Assembly (NCBI GenBank): GCA_051362555.1
Contig: CM120648.1
Span: 19,030,587-19,094,586 of the forward strand
Length of the DNA stretch: 64,000 nt
Direction: 5' to 3'
Origin: Lingula anatina
Taxonomy: Eukaryota > Animalia > Brachiopoda
The notes under the pieces are model-generated. The model did not search any database. It had not been told where the DNA came from and worked only from the letters and a program-made list of their open reading frames with translations. Of the stretch, positions 53,226 to 64,000 are shown in pieces. Made by a program: the position numbers and the translations under genes. The first letter of the stretch is position 1. Every line of letters begins with the position of its first letter.

Positions 53226-54745
53226 TATTATTTTTTTTTCCTTTCAACTTTCGGTCTTTTCGGTACGTCATGCCCATTATCGCATAGGTCAAGGTCGCGT
53301 TAACCAATTAAGGCCCGTCGGGTGGATCGACCCCCAGGGGGTACTTTGGGGTACTTCTTTTTTTCTTGGGGGCCACTTTCATGGAATTTCCGACGTTACG
53401 GAGGCCCCTTTTTTCGCATTTTTTTTGCGTTTTTTGCGTTTTTTTCCTTCTTTTTTCGTATTTTCCTGGGCTCAAAGATTGCGTGGTATTTTCTACCCAT
53501 GATGACTGCCGAAATTGATAATGCCAAAAGTTTAGCTGGGTCCCCGATCTTAATTGCCCTGAGTGCCAGAAACGTATCATTCTCATCTAAATCGTTAACT
53601 TTAGGCAACTAACCAGAAATATCCGAAAGGCTAACCTTTCTCGCTGATAACAATACATCCATGGTTTAATAATTTTACTTGCTGTCAAAAATATCCAACA
53701 ATAAACACGAGCATAAAAATCCCGCACACTACACTCTCTCCCCGAATGCGCATGCGTACAACTTTTCGTAGCTACTTACAACAAAACGATCGGACTTACG
53801 TGAAAAGTTACAATAATTTGTAAGTTACAACCTTTCGAGAATACGGCCCCAGTTGTTAATAGATGGCGCAGCGAGTAGTTTTTAGAGGACATTGTGTTTT
53901 TGGTGCAAAGATGAAAAACCACCTTCGTCGGGGTTTACAATTGTATTTTTTATGGATTATGCGATATAGGCCTATTTCTATTATTTTCTTTTTACCTACA
54001 CAGTTTGGTAAAATGCTTTTTCTCCTTGATTATATCGGCTTATAGAAATATAAATTTTAAAAAATTGTTTGAAAAAAATGAATGTAAATTTGAATTTTTA
54101 CAAGTGTTAATTTCTATAAACATATACAGTAGGTTCAAGCTCTATTTAAATAAAAGAGAAAAATAACAGGAATAAAAGTTTAAGCAGAGTTTCGAATTGT
54201 TGATATCGAATATAAAAATATAATGGGGGATATTTACTGGTCGTTGATGCTGTTTCCCCTCTCAAGCTCTGACTTAGCGTAGTGGAAACCAGATTTGAAG
54301 AGTGACAAGCCCCCGAGTGTCCAGACCCCGAGGCCCACGCTAAGGAGGCGAGGGCCATTCCCTAAAAACGCCCCCCCCCCACCCCCGGCAAATAACCTGT
54401 ATCGGTCCCTGCGTCCCCCCCCCCCCCCCCCTTCAATGAATCCTGGATCCGCGGGGAAGAGGGGCATGAATCTCTGTCAACTCCTGCCTTCGCTTTCTAT
54501 AATGATCTCTTCACACATCTGGAACCAATTACATTTAGGTGAAAACGGCACAGCAGTCCGATATCTTTTACGTTAATAATTTTGATATTGTCATTTTTTC
54601 ATTCTTACAAAGATTTTTAAAAATACTGTCTCCTAGACATATCTGTTAAATATATCCCGACTTTTCTTTTCTTTTTAAAATTATATAATCTTATATAGAA
54701 ATGAAAAAATGAGTTCAGGAATTAAAGCCGAAAAGTTATTGAATG

Positions 54746-54747
<2 letters not shown>

Positions 54748-54792
<45 letters not shown>
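54748..54792. repeat. (GA)n microsatellite
   Basis: Read directly. Confidence 0.9.
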
Positions 54793-54795
<3 letters not shown>

Positions 54796-55300
54796 GTGTG
54801 TGTGTTTTGCCTTATAACTCCTACCTCCGCTTTCAAAAATAAACTCTCCAGCCGTGTGGTATACATTTGGGAGAAAAGGACACTACAGGTCAGGACATCT
54901 GGTACATTAATATTTTTGATACTTTTCTTTTTTCGCTTTTACAAAAATTTGTAAAAATTGTATCTCCTCGACATACATGTATCTGTTAAATATCCCACTA
55001 AAATATCCCCAAGTTATATAATCTTATAGGCCTATAGAAATGAATTAAATGATTACCCATGATATGATAGATTTTTGTAAGATACTGGGGGGGGGGGGGG
55101 AGAGAGAAGCGGGGCGAAATTGTGCTGGAATTTTGGGTGAACTCGGACTGGCTGTGGTGTAAAAAAAATGGACATCGGACTCAGGTCGGACTTGAAGAAC
55201 AAAACAAACAAGCACAAAACAAGCACGAACGTAATCTCCTCTCAACTCATCTAACACACTCACGTGGTCAAATACACCCCAGGTCAGCCTCCAGGGGTCA

Positions 55301-55527
55301 TGTAGATACTCCCCCGCACCGATAATCCACCTTAGTAATTTTTTGTATTACGTGCATCGATACGACCCCACACCGATAGATCCACGCAACGGTAGCCTAC
55401 ATCCCCACACCGATACTCCCCCGCACCGGTACTTACCCTCAGTAGGCCTATGTTTGTAATTGTGGGGATATAGGCCTACAGTAGGCCTACCGGTGCGGGG
55501 GAGTATCGGTGCGGGGACGTATCGACA
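55301..55527. mobile_element. Foldback/MITE with repeated GATACTCCCCCGCACCG motifs
   Basis: TGTAGATACTCCCCC at left, GGGGACGTATCGACA at right; direct and inverted motif copies inside. Confidence 0.6.
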
Positions 55528-55544
55528 AGTAGGCTAAACCGCCT

Positions 55545-55745
55545 GCCAGATAACATACCACCTGTGGCTATAAACAGCAAACAGCCGCCGGTGGACCACT
55601 GGTGTACCGCTGGTGGTTAGCTGGTGGCAGGTTGCCGTTTATAGCCGACGGTGGACCACTGGTGTAGGGCCTACTGCTGGTGGTTAGCTGGTGGCAGATT
55701 GCCGTTGGTAGGCCTCATGTAGCTGGTGACCGGTCCACCGGTGAC
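55545..55745. repeat. Clustered GGTGG/CCACC repeats, resembling a CACTA/EnSpm sub-terminal region
   Basis: GGTGGACCACTGGTGTA..GCTGGTGGTTAGCTGGTGGCAG occurs twice, upstream of the DUF4806-like relic. Confidence 0.45.
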
Positions 55746-56850
55746 CCATTCGCGATTTTCTCATCGTAATTGTTAAGTGTAGCTTTTTTTTTTTTTTTTT
55801 TTTTTCAAATACGCGTATGTGTATTGTAATAATGTTACCTCATTTCGGCGGAAGTGTTTTTTTTACCTTTGTTAACTCGTTTGGGAGTGCGCAATTTCCT
55901 AGCATTTCATTGGCCTATAAAATTTACGTGACGTAGGCCTACTGCACGCGACGGCTGCACGTGACGTCTGCGTCGACCACTCTACTCCGCCTGACTGCTG
56001 CCACTGGGCTTCCATTTCACTATTATTTCATGTAAAATAGGTAAGCCTAATAATATTTAAATACACTGATTGACAGATCTTTTCAATGTAGGCCTACATG
56101 TAGGAAATATGTTGATTTTTAAAACAGGTTTTTTAAAATAAATTCTGGAAATTAGAACATTGTTATTGAGTGGAAGAAAGAAAACGCGAAAGCTAGAGCT
56201 CCACCTACTATAGCCCTATAAGATATAGGTATGAAAAAAATTATTATAAGATTCGTATTTTGTATTTGAAAGTTTGGTATTTTTTGCCTATTGAAAAGAT
56301 CGAGTCAATTAAAAGGTATACATTTTCAAAGTGTATATATTTTTAAAAAATAAAAATGTGGTGTATCAGTGTGTTATGAAGGGTTTTCTGTGGCTTTTAT
56401 TTACGTAAAATTCATTTTAATAAGAATTAAAATGGAAAAGACCCATAATAGATTTATGCATGATATTGATAACAATTGGAAAAAGTAAAGTTTGTATCTT
56501 AAAATAAACCTTGGAATATAACCAGTGAACATTGGTCCTTTTTCTTTTGTGGTCCTGCCTAGCTAAATATTATTATTAAAATATCGGCAAAACGTCTGAC
56601 ATATGTGATGACTTGAAAACTGCGCTGCACTCTAACGAGACGGAAGAGACTATAATCACTCACTCAATTTGGTAGTTGTGACCGCCACTTTTATTTCTTA
56701 TTTCAATTTAATTTCAATTTATTAAACCTTTGACCCCAACGGCACATCAGAATGAAATACAGTGACATTATAAAGTCATATCAACGAACTACCACTACAA
56801 CAAAAACTACTACTGATACAAATAATAATAACAATAATTTTAATCTTACA

Positions 56851-57060
56851 CCCCATTTCCAGAGATTAGATCGATCTACTTTAGATCGACCTAACTCCCT
56901 GGGGGTTCACGCTAAATAGCTGTCAGCCGGACGGACACGAAAGTTAATTACATCCTTACAGCTTGTAGAAGGCCGGACGGACATTTAAGCCGGATTATCT
57001 GAGAGTAATCTAGTGAGACTCCCCGCGGGAATAGATCGATCTAAAGCTCTGGGAATAGAG
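56851..57060. mobile_element. MITE
   Basis: CCATTTCCAGAGATTAGATCGATCTA ... TAGATCGATCTAAAGCTCTGGGAAT inverted ends; related end fragment near 52420. Confidence 0.6.
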
Positions 57061-57169
57061 CCTTAGCTCCGATGCACATTGTAAGTATTTCCCGAAGTTG
57101 TTTAATTATGACACATTGTTAAGCGATAATAATTTAATTAGTATGAAGACTGCGAGCTTTTTGACCTTT

Positions 57170-57171
<2 letters not shown>

Positions 57172-57210
<39 letters not shown>
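57172..57210. repeat. (CA)n microsatellite
   Basis: Read directly. Confidence 0.9.
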
Positions 57211-57216
<6 letters not shown>

Positions 57217-57363
57217 GATATATGTAGGCCCTATTATATGAAGCCAGGGATGTTCTCTTGAAATAGTATTTATTTCAAAACATTTACACAACACGGTCTC
57301 CTCTGCATTCACAGCAGCGAGGAGGCCCGGCTTGTTAAAATTCTCAAGAGACTCTCTTAAATT

Positions 57364-57396
<33 letters not shown>

Positions 57397-58793
57397 AAAC
57401 AACCCTCGCTGAGATAAATTACTACTAACAGTATTTTTTATTCAGGTTAACTGAAAATTATAAAGATGGTGAAGTAGCCATTCCTACGAATCATGTAGAA
57501 AGGTGATGAATAGAAAATATATGGACAATTGGTCGTTTATAACTGACCAATATCTGAAGAGATATTACAGTTTACATTCAAGTTGTTTTGTGTTCTGACC
57601 ACCAATATCTGACATATGCATATTTGTAATGTTAAGATTTTTCATGTTTTTAAAAAGGCAATTCGGTGTTAATTAAATTAAGACTAGCCATAAGGAAGTG
57701 CACATGTGTAATGAACCTTTTACATATGCCTATGACGAATGTCCTAAACTTATATAATTTTGTACGCTTAATTCAAGCGTGGGCTCGAAATAGGACATTA
57801 CGTTTTCGTCTAACTTAGTGGATAACGCGATCCAAAGACTCCACAGTTCGTGTCAGATTTACGTAAGGTCACTCAAAGAAAACCCAAGTCCACATAATGA
57901 TCAGTTAAATGATTTATTCGTTGACGCTAGGTAACTACATATTCTAAATGAAGCCTGCAACTCTTAACTCGTCAGCTCCGTACTCCGTCGCTTCCAATCT
58001 CCTTCTCCGCTGCTTCCTTCTACGTGTCTCCCTCAATCTCCCCGTTCAAATCTCATCACTTACTTTAAATACTATTTTGTTATCTTTACATGGATCCAGT
58101 GCTGCACTAGTATGAGATTTACGTCAAACCTAAATACCTTTAATTGTGAAGTTAATTTCTTTACCTCGGCGTTATACAAAGAGGCAACCACATTACTTAA
58201 TAACTATTGGACTAATATAACACATTACGTCATATGACTTCGTGTTAAGGTCCACTAAATGCATGTGATGAAATCACTCATTTACATATTATGTTTATAC
58301 AATCAGGCAGCATATTATCATTCACCTTGCTTCAGTCTTGAATGAATATTTATCATCCTCTGTATTGGCATACCTGATAAGTACAACTGATATAACTTTC
58401 TCTCACTTGTTATCTATTGCATTGCAATTAGTATTTAAATGAGTTGCTGCCACTGTGGCATGCAGATAGATTCCCTGTAGATAATGTGTATAAATGCTGA
58501 ATGCTTGGACTTAATAAAGGACTTTTAGACTTGGAACTGAATATGTGAGTCTGTGGTTATATTCCCTCTCCCATGTATCAGTGACAGGTAAAATATTAGA
58601 AGAACCTGGGTAGGGTGGAACATGGACCCCTACATTCGTACGATCTTTATGTCGGACCCGACACATGGTGCATTTTGTGCATTTTGGTAGTCATTTTAAG
58701 GTATTTTCATTAATTCCAATCTGATTTCTTTACCGATAAATTATTCTTATTATGGTTTTCAGATAACGTTTCATCTTCACCACCCTCCTGCAG

Positions 58794-59750
58794 ATTAAAG
58801 CTATGCTGAAGAATAACACTATTGTTCTTACAAGGTTAGAGCAAAAATTGAAATAGAACAGAAGTCCTGATGACAATATTGTCTTAATTGACGAGTTTGC
58901 ATTTCCTATGGAGACAAGGGAAGATGTGGCAAGGGTTGAAAACATACTTAAAGATAAGCATAATGAAATTACTGGTAAGTCAAAAAAATAATAGTATGAT
59001 AAAAATTAATGTAGTGATTGTTGTGCTGAAGCTACATATGGAATAAATAATAAGTTGATTTTTAAAATAGTGGTTATTTTATAAATGATTAAAAAAACAT
59101 TTTAATCTGAACACTTATCATTTGTTGTATGTATATATATAAATGTGCTTTACTTATTAAGAATATTTATATTTATTTCAAAGGTCAAACCACCTTGTCA
59201 CACTGGGAGGGTTTTCCTCCAAGGAAATGGTACAGTGTAGATAGGATCATGTCTACTATTTTTAAAACTAACACATTGCATGCCAGTGTAACTGTATTGG
59301 GAAGTGCGGAAAGGTTGCACTAAAAAACCTGGCCCTTACAAAAGCAATGGAATGTTTGCATTTCGTAATGATCAAATAATGTTTGCTCAGATATATTTTT
59401 ACATATTAATTGTATTATAATGATCCTGAAGTAAAGTTACAGTTCAAAATGTAAAGGTTGTTTCTTCTGAACAACTTTGTCTTTTTATGCTTTTTACATA
59501 TATTCTCTTAAGGATAAACGCATATCAACCTATTTCTGTCCTTTGGTGAGACCATTCCGTTTTGTAACTCCTGTTTGAACCATTTTTGTTTACTGTCCAA
59601 TTTAGCACTGTTAAGATAGGAGGATTAAGTTAAGTTTTTTATATTTTCACAGATGCAGGTAGATCGAGAGCTACGGAGGCTGAATAAGACATGCATCAAA
59701 TTGTGGCTCAAAAATGCGCATGACAGGGATGGCGGCAGAAAATTGAGGTA
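58794..59750 (+). pseudogene. DUF4806-like gene relic (accessory gene type of CACTA-like transposons)
   Basis: Exon remnants FPMETREDVARVENIL / LVTLGG..RIMSTIF..NCIGKCGK / WLKNAHDRDGGRK, with stops and frameshifts. Confidence 0.6.
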
Positions 59751-59781
59751 AATCAAAACAAGGAAAAAAGGAGGTAAATAA

Positions 59782-59898
59782 ACACACTGGACAAAAGAAG
59801 TGTCACCCCCTGCAGAGTAATGAAAGTTATAATGCCTGGGTCTACTCTTAATATGACTATTGAGTATAAAACCGCTGTACTATGGAATTGTAGGCCTA

Positions 59899-59946
<48 letters not shown>

Positions 59947-60043
59947 TGAATTTTGATGTTTATAAAATGATACCAGGAGCATATCATTCCAGAGTCATTT
60001 ATCTCCCCCAAAGTATTGGTTCACTTCTATTGTCCAGTGTGTG
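59782..60043 (+). mobile_element. Internally deleted derivative of the Tc1 family at 25999
   Basis: Shares CACACTGGACAA.AGAAGTGTCACCCCC and the 3' end ATGATACCAGGAGCAT...TCTATTGTCCAGTGTGTG. Confidence 0.8.
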
Positions 60044-60498
60044 TAACAAAAAAAAAAAAAAATAAATAAAAATAAATAAAATAAAATAAAATAAATAAAT
60101 AAAACACACTGTTAAAGGTGATAACTGTGAAGAGACATATTAGTTTTACGCATATCTTTTTTTATCTGATATTAAATAATTATTTTCCAGTTACCTTTGT
60201 ACGGTATTTCTTTTGCGCGTCTAAAGTTTTGCTATGGAAAAAATACCGGAACTCGTGTTGCGCAAAGGATTATGGTCTATATGAATGAGGCGCCATTTTG
60301 TTCAACAACCAGGAAGTAACAGGACGGAGATTGTGGGATAATGTTGAACATATTTGACAAAGAAAGAGATATGATCTGACCGACTTGTAGGTATATGTAG
60401 CAAGTGTTTATGTTACTGTGATCTCCAAGCTGCAGCACCAGAAGTAAACATAAAGTTTAGCAATCACTGACAGAAATATTACAGGATCTACTGTCGGA

Positions 60499-60847
60499 AT
60501 GGAAGCCATGTTAGGGCAGTCTAGACGAGGTGTAAATCCAAGATCAGGACAGGTGACAGTACAGACACAACCTCCATTAGCTGAACAGGAAACAAATACA
60601 ACATCAGCTACACATCCTCCTGTTTTCTTAGAGAAGGCAGAATGTGTGCGTTCCTTCAGTGCTAAACTGGAAGATGATAGAGGAATACTCATAACTGGGT
60701 TAGCCATAGATAAGGAACACATGTTTGTTGTGGATAATTGGAACAACAGAACAAAAGTATTCACACATGAAGGACAATTTAAGTTTGACATTAAAGTAAA
60801 CAAACCATATGATGTGGCTGTGTCACAGACTGGTCACCTGTATATAA
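60499..60847 (+). pseudogene. Second NHL-repeat gene fragment, cut by an LTR retrotransposon
   Basis: ITGLAIDKEHMFVVDNWNNRTKVF...KPYDVAVSQTGHLYI ends at TGTTG (LTR start); in-frame stops just upstream (about 60445). Confidence 0.75.
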
Positions 60848-61550
60848 TGTTGTGATCGAAGTTTTTTCCTTCCTCCACCTGGTCTGCTCTTCATGTGCCA
60901 AGATAGGCCACCTCAGGTGAGTGAGCTAGGCCAGGTGGGGACAGCACGCCCCCTGCAGGAGATCGTCACTATTGTGACATCACAACTGTCACAGATCATT
61001 GTCTAATATTCTGCACTCCGTACCGGACGTGTCTAGATTGACGATCCATCTACAATTCTATCAAAGAGCATAACAATAGACAGCGATCACTCACCAATTC
61101 AGTAAGTAGACACAGTGAATACTTTATTGGCGACAAGGCATTCGTAACTTGTATATTTGCGGGCCTAAAGCTTAGTTTTCGCTGCGATCTAGCTGAAAGT
61201 AGTTTGCGCGGGAAATTCCTTTGTCTAACATCCATTTGAATAATTGGGTGGAGCGGCGGTCAAAATTGTTGTTTCAATTTTGGATCGTAAAGGTCACCGC
61301 ATCAGGAGACACTGATTTTCCTGCACATCTACGTTATTTTTCAGTACTTACGTGAAAAGGTCGGTGATATAAAGGAGACGTTGGTCTCATTATCCTGTGC
61401 ATTGTTACGATCTCTACCGAAATTTTCCAAGACTAAGGTGCACACGTAATACTTTGGTTTCTTTGTTTATTTAGTTTATTTAAAGAATAAAATACTGACT
61501 TCTGTGTTGTTGTTATTTATTCTTTTGTATTTTAGGCGGAATTCTGAACA
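60848..61550 (+). mobile_element. Probable 5' LTR of a Gypsy-type retrotransposon
   Basis: Starts TGTT exactly where NHL similarity stops; AATAAA at about 61486; candidate end AACA at 61550. 3' boundary and PBS uncertain. Confidence 0.55.
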
Positions 61551-61731
61551 GAATTTCTGTCTGATTTCAATTTATTGCGTTGTGTACCAAAGTCTTTGTT
61601 TTCCAAATTTGAACTCATTGTACGTTTTGGGAATCTATTTATAGCGAATTTCACTATAAGCTTGGTAGTGTATTGTGCTTTGATAAGTGAAATTATTTTG
61701 AATCAATTTATTTTTTGCTTTCAAATGTACA

Positions 61732-63630
61732 ATGGCGAGTGCATCAAGGTTGCAGGTCAATCGTGCTACTTACGATGAGCTCGTTACGCTGCCAGGTATA
61801 GGTCCTAAACGTGCAGAAAGGATAATATATGCTAGAGAACATGGGATCCCCGTGACCAGATCCAACATTTTGGAGATTTGTGGATCCAATCTTGGATCAA
61901 ATGTAATTGAAAATCTCTCTTTTGGCAGTACTCACAGAAGTGAATTTGAATCTGAAGTCGACGTGGGTGACCTCGATACTAGCACATTATCCACCGAAAA
62001 AAGTCAAAAACCCAAAATGAAAACTTCTAAAGTGACTTCCTACATTCATAATGAAGGAAGAGCGGCTGCTGAAAGCTATAGGGCAGAATTTGAAAGAATT
62101 CTCAAAGTGGGTGAGGAAATTAATCAACAAGAAAAAATTTCACGCAGTAAAAACATTCAAAAAGCTGCAACTTATTCTCCACCAACATATTTAAAATTAA
62201 AAGCTCGTTCAAAATCAACAACTGAGCAGCAATTTATCAAACCAAAAACAAAATTACGTTCTCACTCAGCTTTGGACCCCAGAACTTTCACTTCGCAGCC
62301 AGCCACTTTAGACCCTGAATACGATCTTTTTGCTCTGCCTATTGAGAGGCTGCGTGTCGATAACAAAGATCATACAACTTCTTCCGCGCATATAAAGCCT
62401 CCAGGCCGTGTCATAAATTCCGAGACTGTTACTACTTTACCGACTGGTAGGGAAAGTAGTCGGCGACCAGCTCCGTCTGTCCATCGGGTTGTTTCGAATT
62501 ATGATCTGCCACAGATTCATGTTCCTACGCCCGGACGGCGGCAACTTAACGTTGAGCATAATGTTGCTGATACAGTCGAACGTAAACATGATTACCGGCC
62601 GAGTTCAATAGAGAAACATCATACGCGCCATAGAATTTCGTCTCCCGTTTTCCGCGACGAACCACTTCTTCCCGAAAGCGATGAAAGTGAAAATGAATAT
62701 TTTACAGTACCAAAACCAGTACGTCCTAAACCTAAAAAGGACAGAGGGGACCCCAGTGATTTACCCAAAAAATTGTCTTTTGACGGAAATTGTGAAAACT
62801 GGGAGTCTTTTAAAAACAGATTTGACAGTTATCGCCAAGTGAAAGAGTGGTCGGAAAATGAGTGTCTAGATTACCTTTTATGGAGTCTGGAAGGCGAGGC
62901 TTTGGCTTTGTATAACACCAATCTCAGAGCAAATAAAAACATGACGTATTCAGCCTTAATGAGTGAAATGGATTCAGTATTCGGAATTAAAAAACATCCC
63001 GATTCAGCTCGTTTGGCATTTCATACAGCAGTTCAATCTCCCAACGAAACCTTGAATAAATGGCTGTGCCGTGTTTTGTTATTGGCCAAAGATGCTTATC
63101 CTGATGAATCAGAATCCTTTAGAACAAAAGAAACAATATCTAAATTTTGTCAGGGCTGCATTGATCAGGATGCCGGGCGTTACACTCGTTTAAAACATCC
63201 AGCAAGCATCAGCGAGGCAATGACCTACATGGTGGATTATCAGCAAGTCTACAAATCATCACATATTCAAAAACCAACACGAAAAAATCGTGATGAATTA
63301 CAAATTAGTTCTCTAAATCTAACAGCTGATGAAAATCAGCAATTTCCAACTGAAAATGTAGAACAACTTGTTGAATCCATCGTGGAAAAACGCGTTAGCC
63401 AGTCACCTAAATTGAATACAATTCAGTTTAATTCAATGGCAGAGTTGGAATCTATGGTTGAACGCTTGGTCCGGAAATTCACACCTAAAACAACACCTGT
63501 GTGTTTTTTCTGTAAAGGAAAGGGCCATTTTAAACGAAATTGCCTAAAATATAAAAAATTCTTACAAAGAAAAAATGCTGAAAAACAACAAGCACGGGCT
63601 GATATAACGAATCCAACTCATTTAAACTAG
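61732..63630 (+). CDS. gag: Gypsy-type Gag with N-terminal helix-hairpin-helix and C-terminal CCHC knuckle
   Basis: VNRATYDELVTLPGIGPKRAERII (HhH); FDGNCENWESF..LEGEAL (capsid); CFFCKGKGHFKRNC; 632-aa uninterrupted ORF. Confidence 0.9.
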   Translation: MASASRLQVNRATYDELVTLPGIGPKRAERIIYAREHGIPVTRSNILEICGSNLGSNVIENLSFGSTHRSEFESEVDVGDLDTSTLSTEKSQKPKMKTSKVTSYIHNEGRAAAESYRAEFERILKVGEEINQQEKISRSKNIQKAATYSPPTYLKLKARSKSTTEQQFIKPKTKLRSHSALDPRTFTSQPATLDPEYDLFALPIERLRVDNKDHTTSSAHIKPPGRVINSETVTTLPTGRESSRRPAPSVHRVVSNYDLPQIHVPTPGRRQLNVEHNVADTVERKHDYRPSSIEKHHTRHRISSPVFRDEPLLPESDESENEYFTVPKPVRPKPKKDRGDPSDLPKKLSFDGNCENWESFKNRFDSYRQVKEWSENECLDYLLWSLEGEALALYNTNLRANKNMTYSALMSEMDSVFGIKKHPDSARLAFHTAVQSPNETLNKWLCRVLLLAKDAYPDESESFRTKETISKFCQGCIDQDAGRYTRLKHPASISEAMTYMVDYQQVYKSSHIQKPTRKNRDELQISSLNLTADENQQFPTENVEQLVESIVEKRVSQSPKLNTIQFNSMAELESMVERLVRKFTPKTTPVCFFCKGKGHFKRNCLKYKKFLQRKNAEKQQARADITNPTHLN

Positions 63631-63682
63631 AAGGGTCCAAGGGAAATGACCGTAACCTTGGAAACCCGACTGAAACCGGTCA
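63621..63682 (+). promoter_or_regulatory. -1 programmed ribosomal frameshift signal
   Basis: Slippery T TTA AAC immediately before the gag TAG, followed by pseudoknot-compatible stems. Confidence 0.8.
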
Positions 63683-64000
63683 CAAAACGGGTGAAACCAT
63701 CGTGACTTCATTGTCTCAAACACGAACCGTTGACAATACTATCCCCGTAATGGAAACATTGCATCGTCCTCATCATTCCGAGTTAGAATGTGGTCAAAAT
63801 CCTGTAATTGATGAACTTGGGGTTTTTCGATCTTCATTCGTTCCTTTGGTAGTGGCGGGTGTACATGTAATGGCCAAAGTTGACACCGGTGCGCAAGTTT
63901 CTGTCATGGCTGAAAAAATATTCGAGCAAATAAAAAATAAACCATCGCTCAAGAAATATTACAGTCTTACTCTTGCGGCAGGGGATATACAAATCGAAAC
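63621..64000 (+). CDS. pol: Pol N-terminus (aspartic protease) in the -1 frame, running off the window
   Basis: The -1 frame is open from 63621 and reads VAGVHVMAKVDTGAQVSVM. Confidence 0.88.

Noticed and set aside
35308-53470. CCAGG.AAAT inverted match as termini of the DxxH transposon
   Set aside because: Too short and no target-site duplication.
53396-53662. Minus-strand ORF as the missing Myb/SANT exon of the Harbinger partner
   Set aside because: No SANT tryptophan pattern, an internal stop, and a low-complexity tail.
29515-53850. One 24-kb Harbinger bounded by CTGGGCTCGGAACCTCAAAAGG and CCTTTCGAGAATACGGCCCCAG
   Set aside because: Only about 14 of 20 positions match, the flanking triplets differ (CTG versus CAG) and the sub-terminal motifs differ; more likely ends of different elements.
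57705-58300. Possible solo LTR on the minus strand
   Set aside because: Composition is suggestive but TG..CA ends and a TSD could not be fixed.
61240-61262. TGGGTGGAGCGGCGG as the primer-binding site
   Set aside because: Not adjacent to a convincing LTR end and could not be matched to a tRNA 3' end by eye.

Overview
AT-rich, intron-rich animal DNA; the gene and repeat content suggests a marine invertebrate such as a mollusc. The main host gene (+, window start to about 23.2 or 25.9 kb) can be spliced by hand, with consistent intron phases, into one ORF: NHL beta-propeller - Roc GTPase - COR - caspase (SHG...QACQG). This would be a single-chain sensor/GTPase-switch/protease cell-death or immune receptor of unusual architecture. 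In this haplotype a 1.9-kb TA-flanked DNA transposon sits inside the Roc G3/switch-II exon. The rest is mostly nested mobile DNA: Helentron-type elements with 146-bp arrays, DIRS, Tc1 and RTE relics, several MITEs, a Harbinger nuclease followed by an antisense copy of itself, an apparently intact multi-exon DxxH-type (DUF6729-like) transposase and a DUF4806-like relic. At the right end a Gypsy-type LTR retrotransposon (HhH-Gag, -1 frameshift with pseudoknot) is inserted into a second NHL-repeat gene. All calls come from reading the sequence by eye; no database searches were run.
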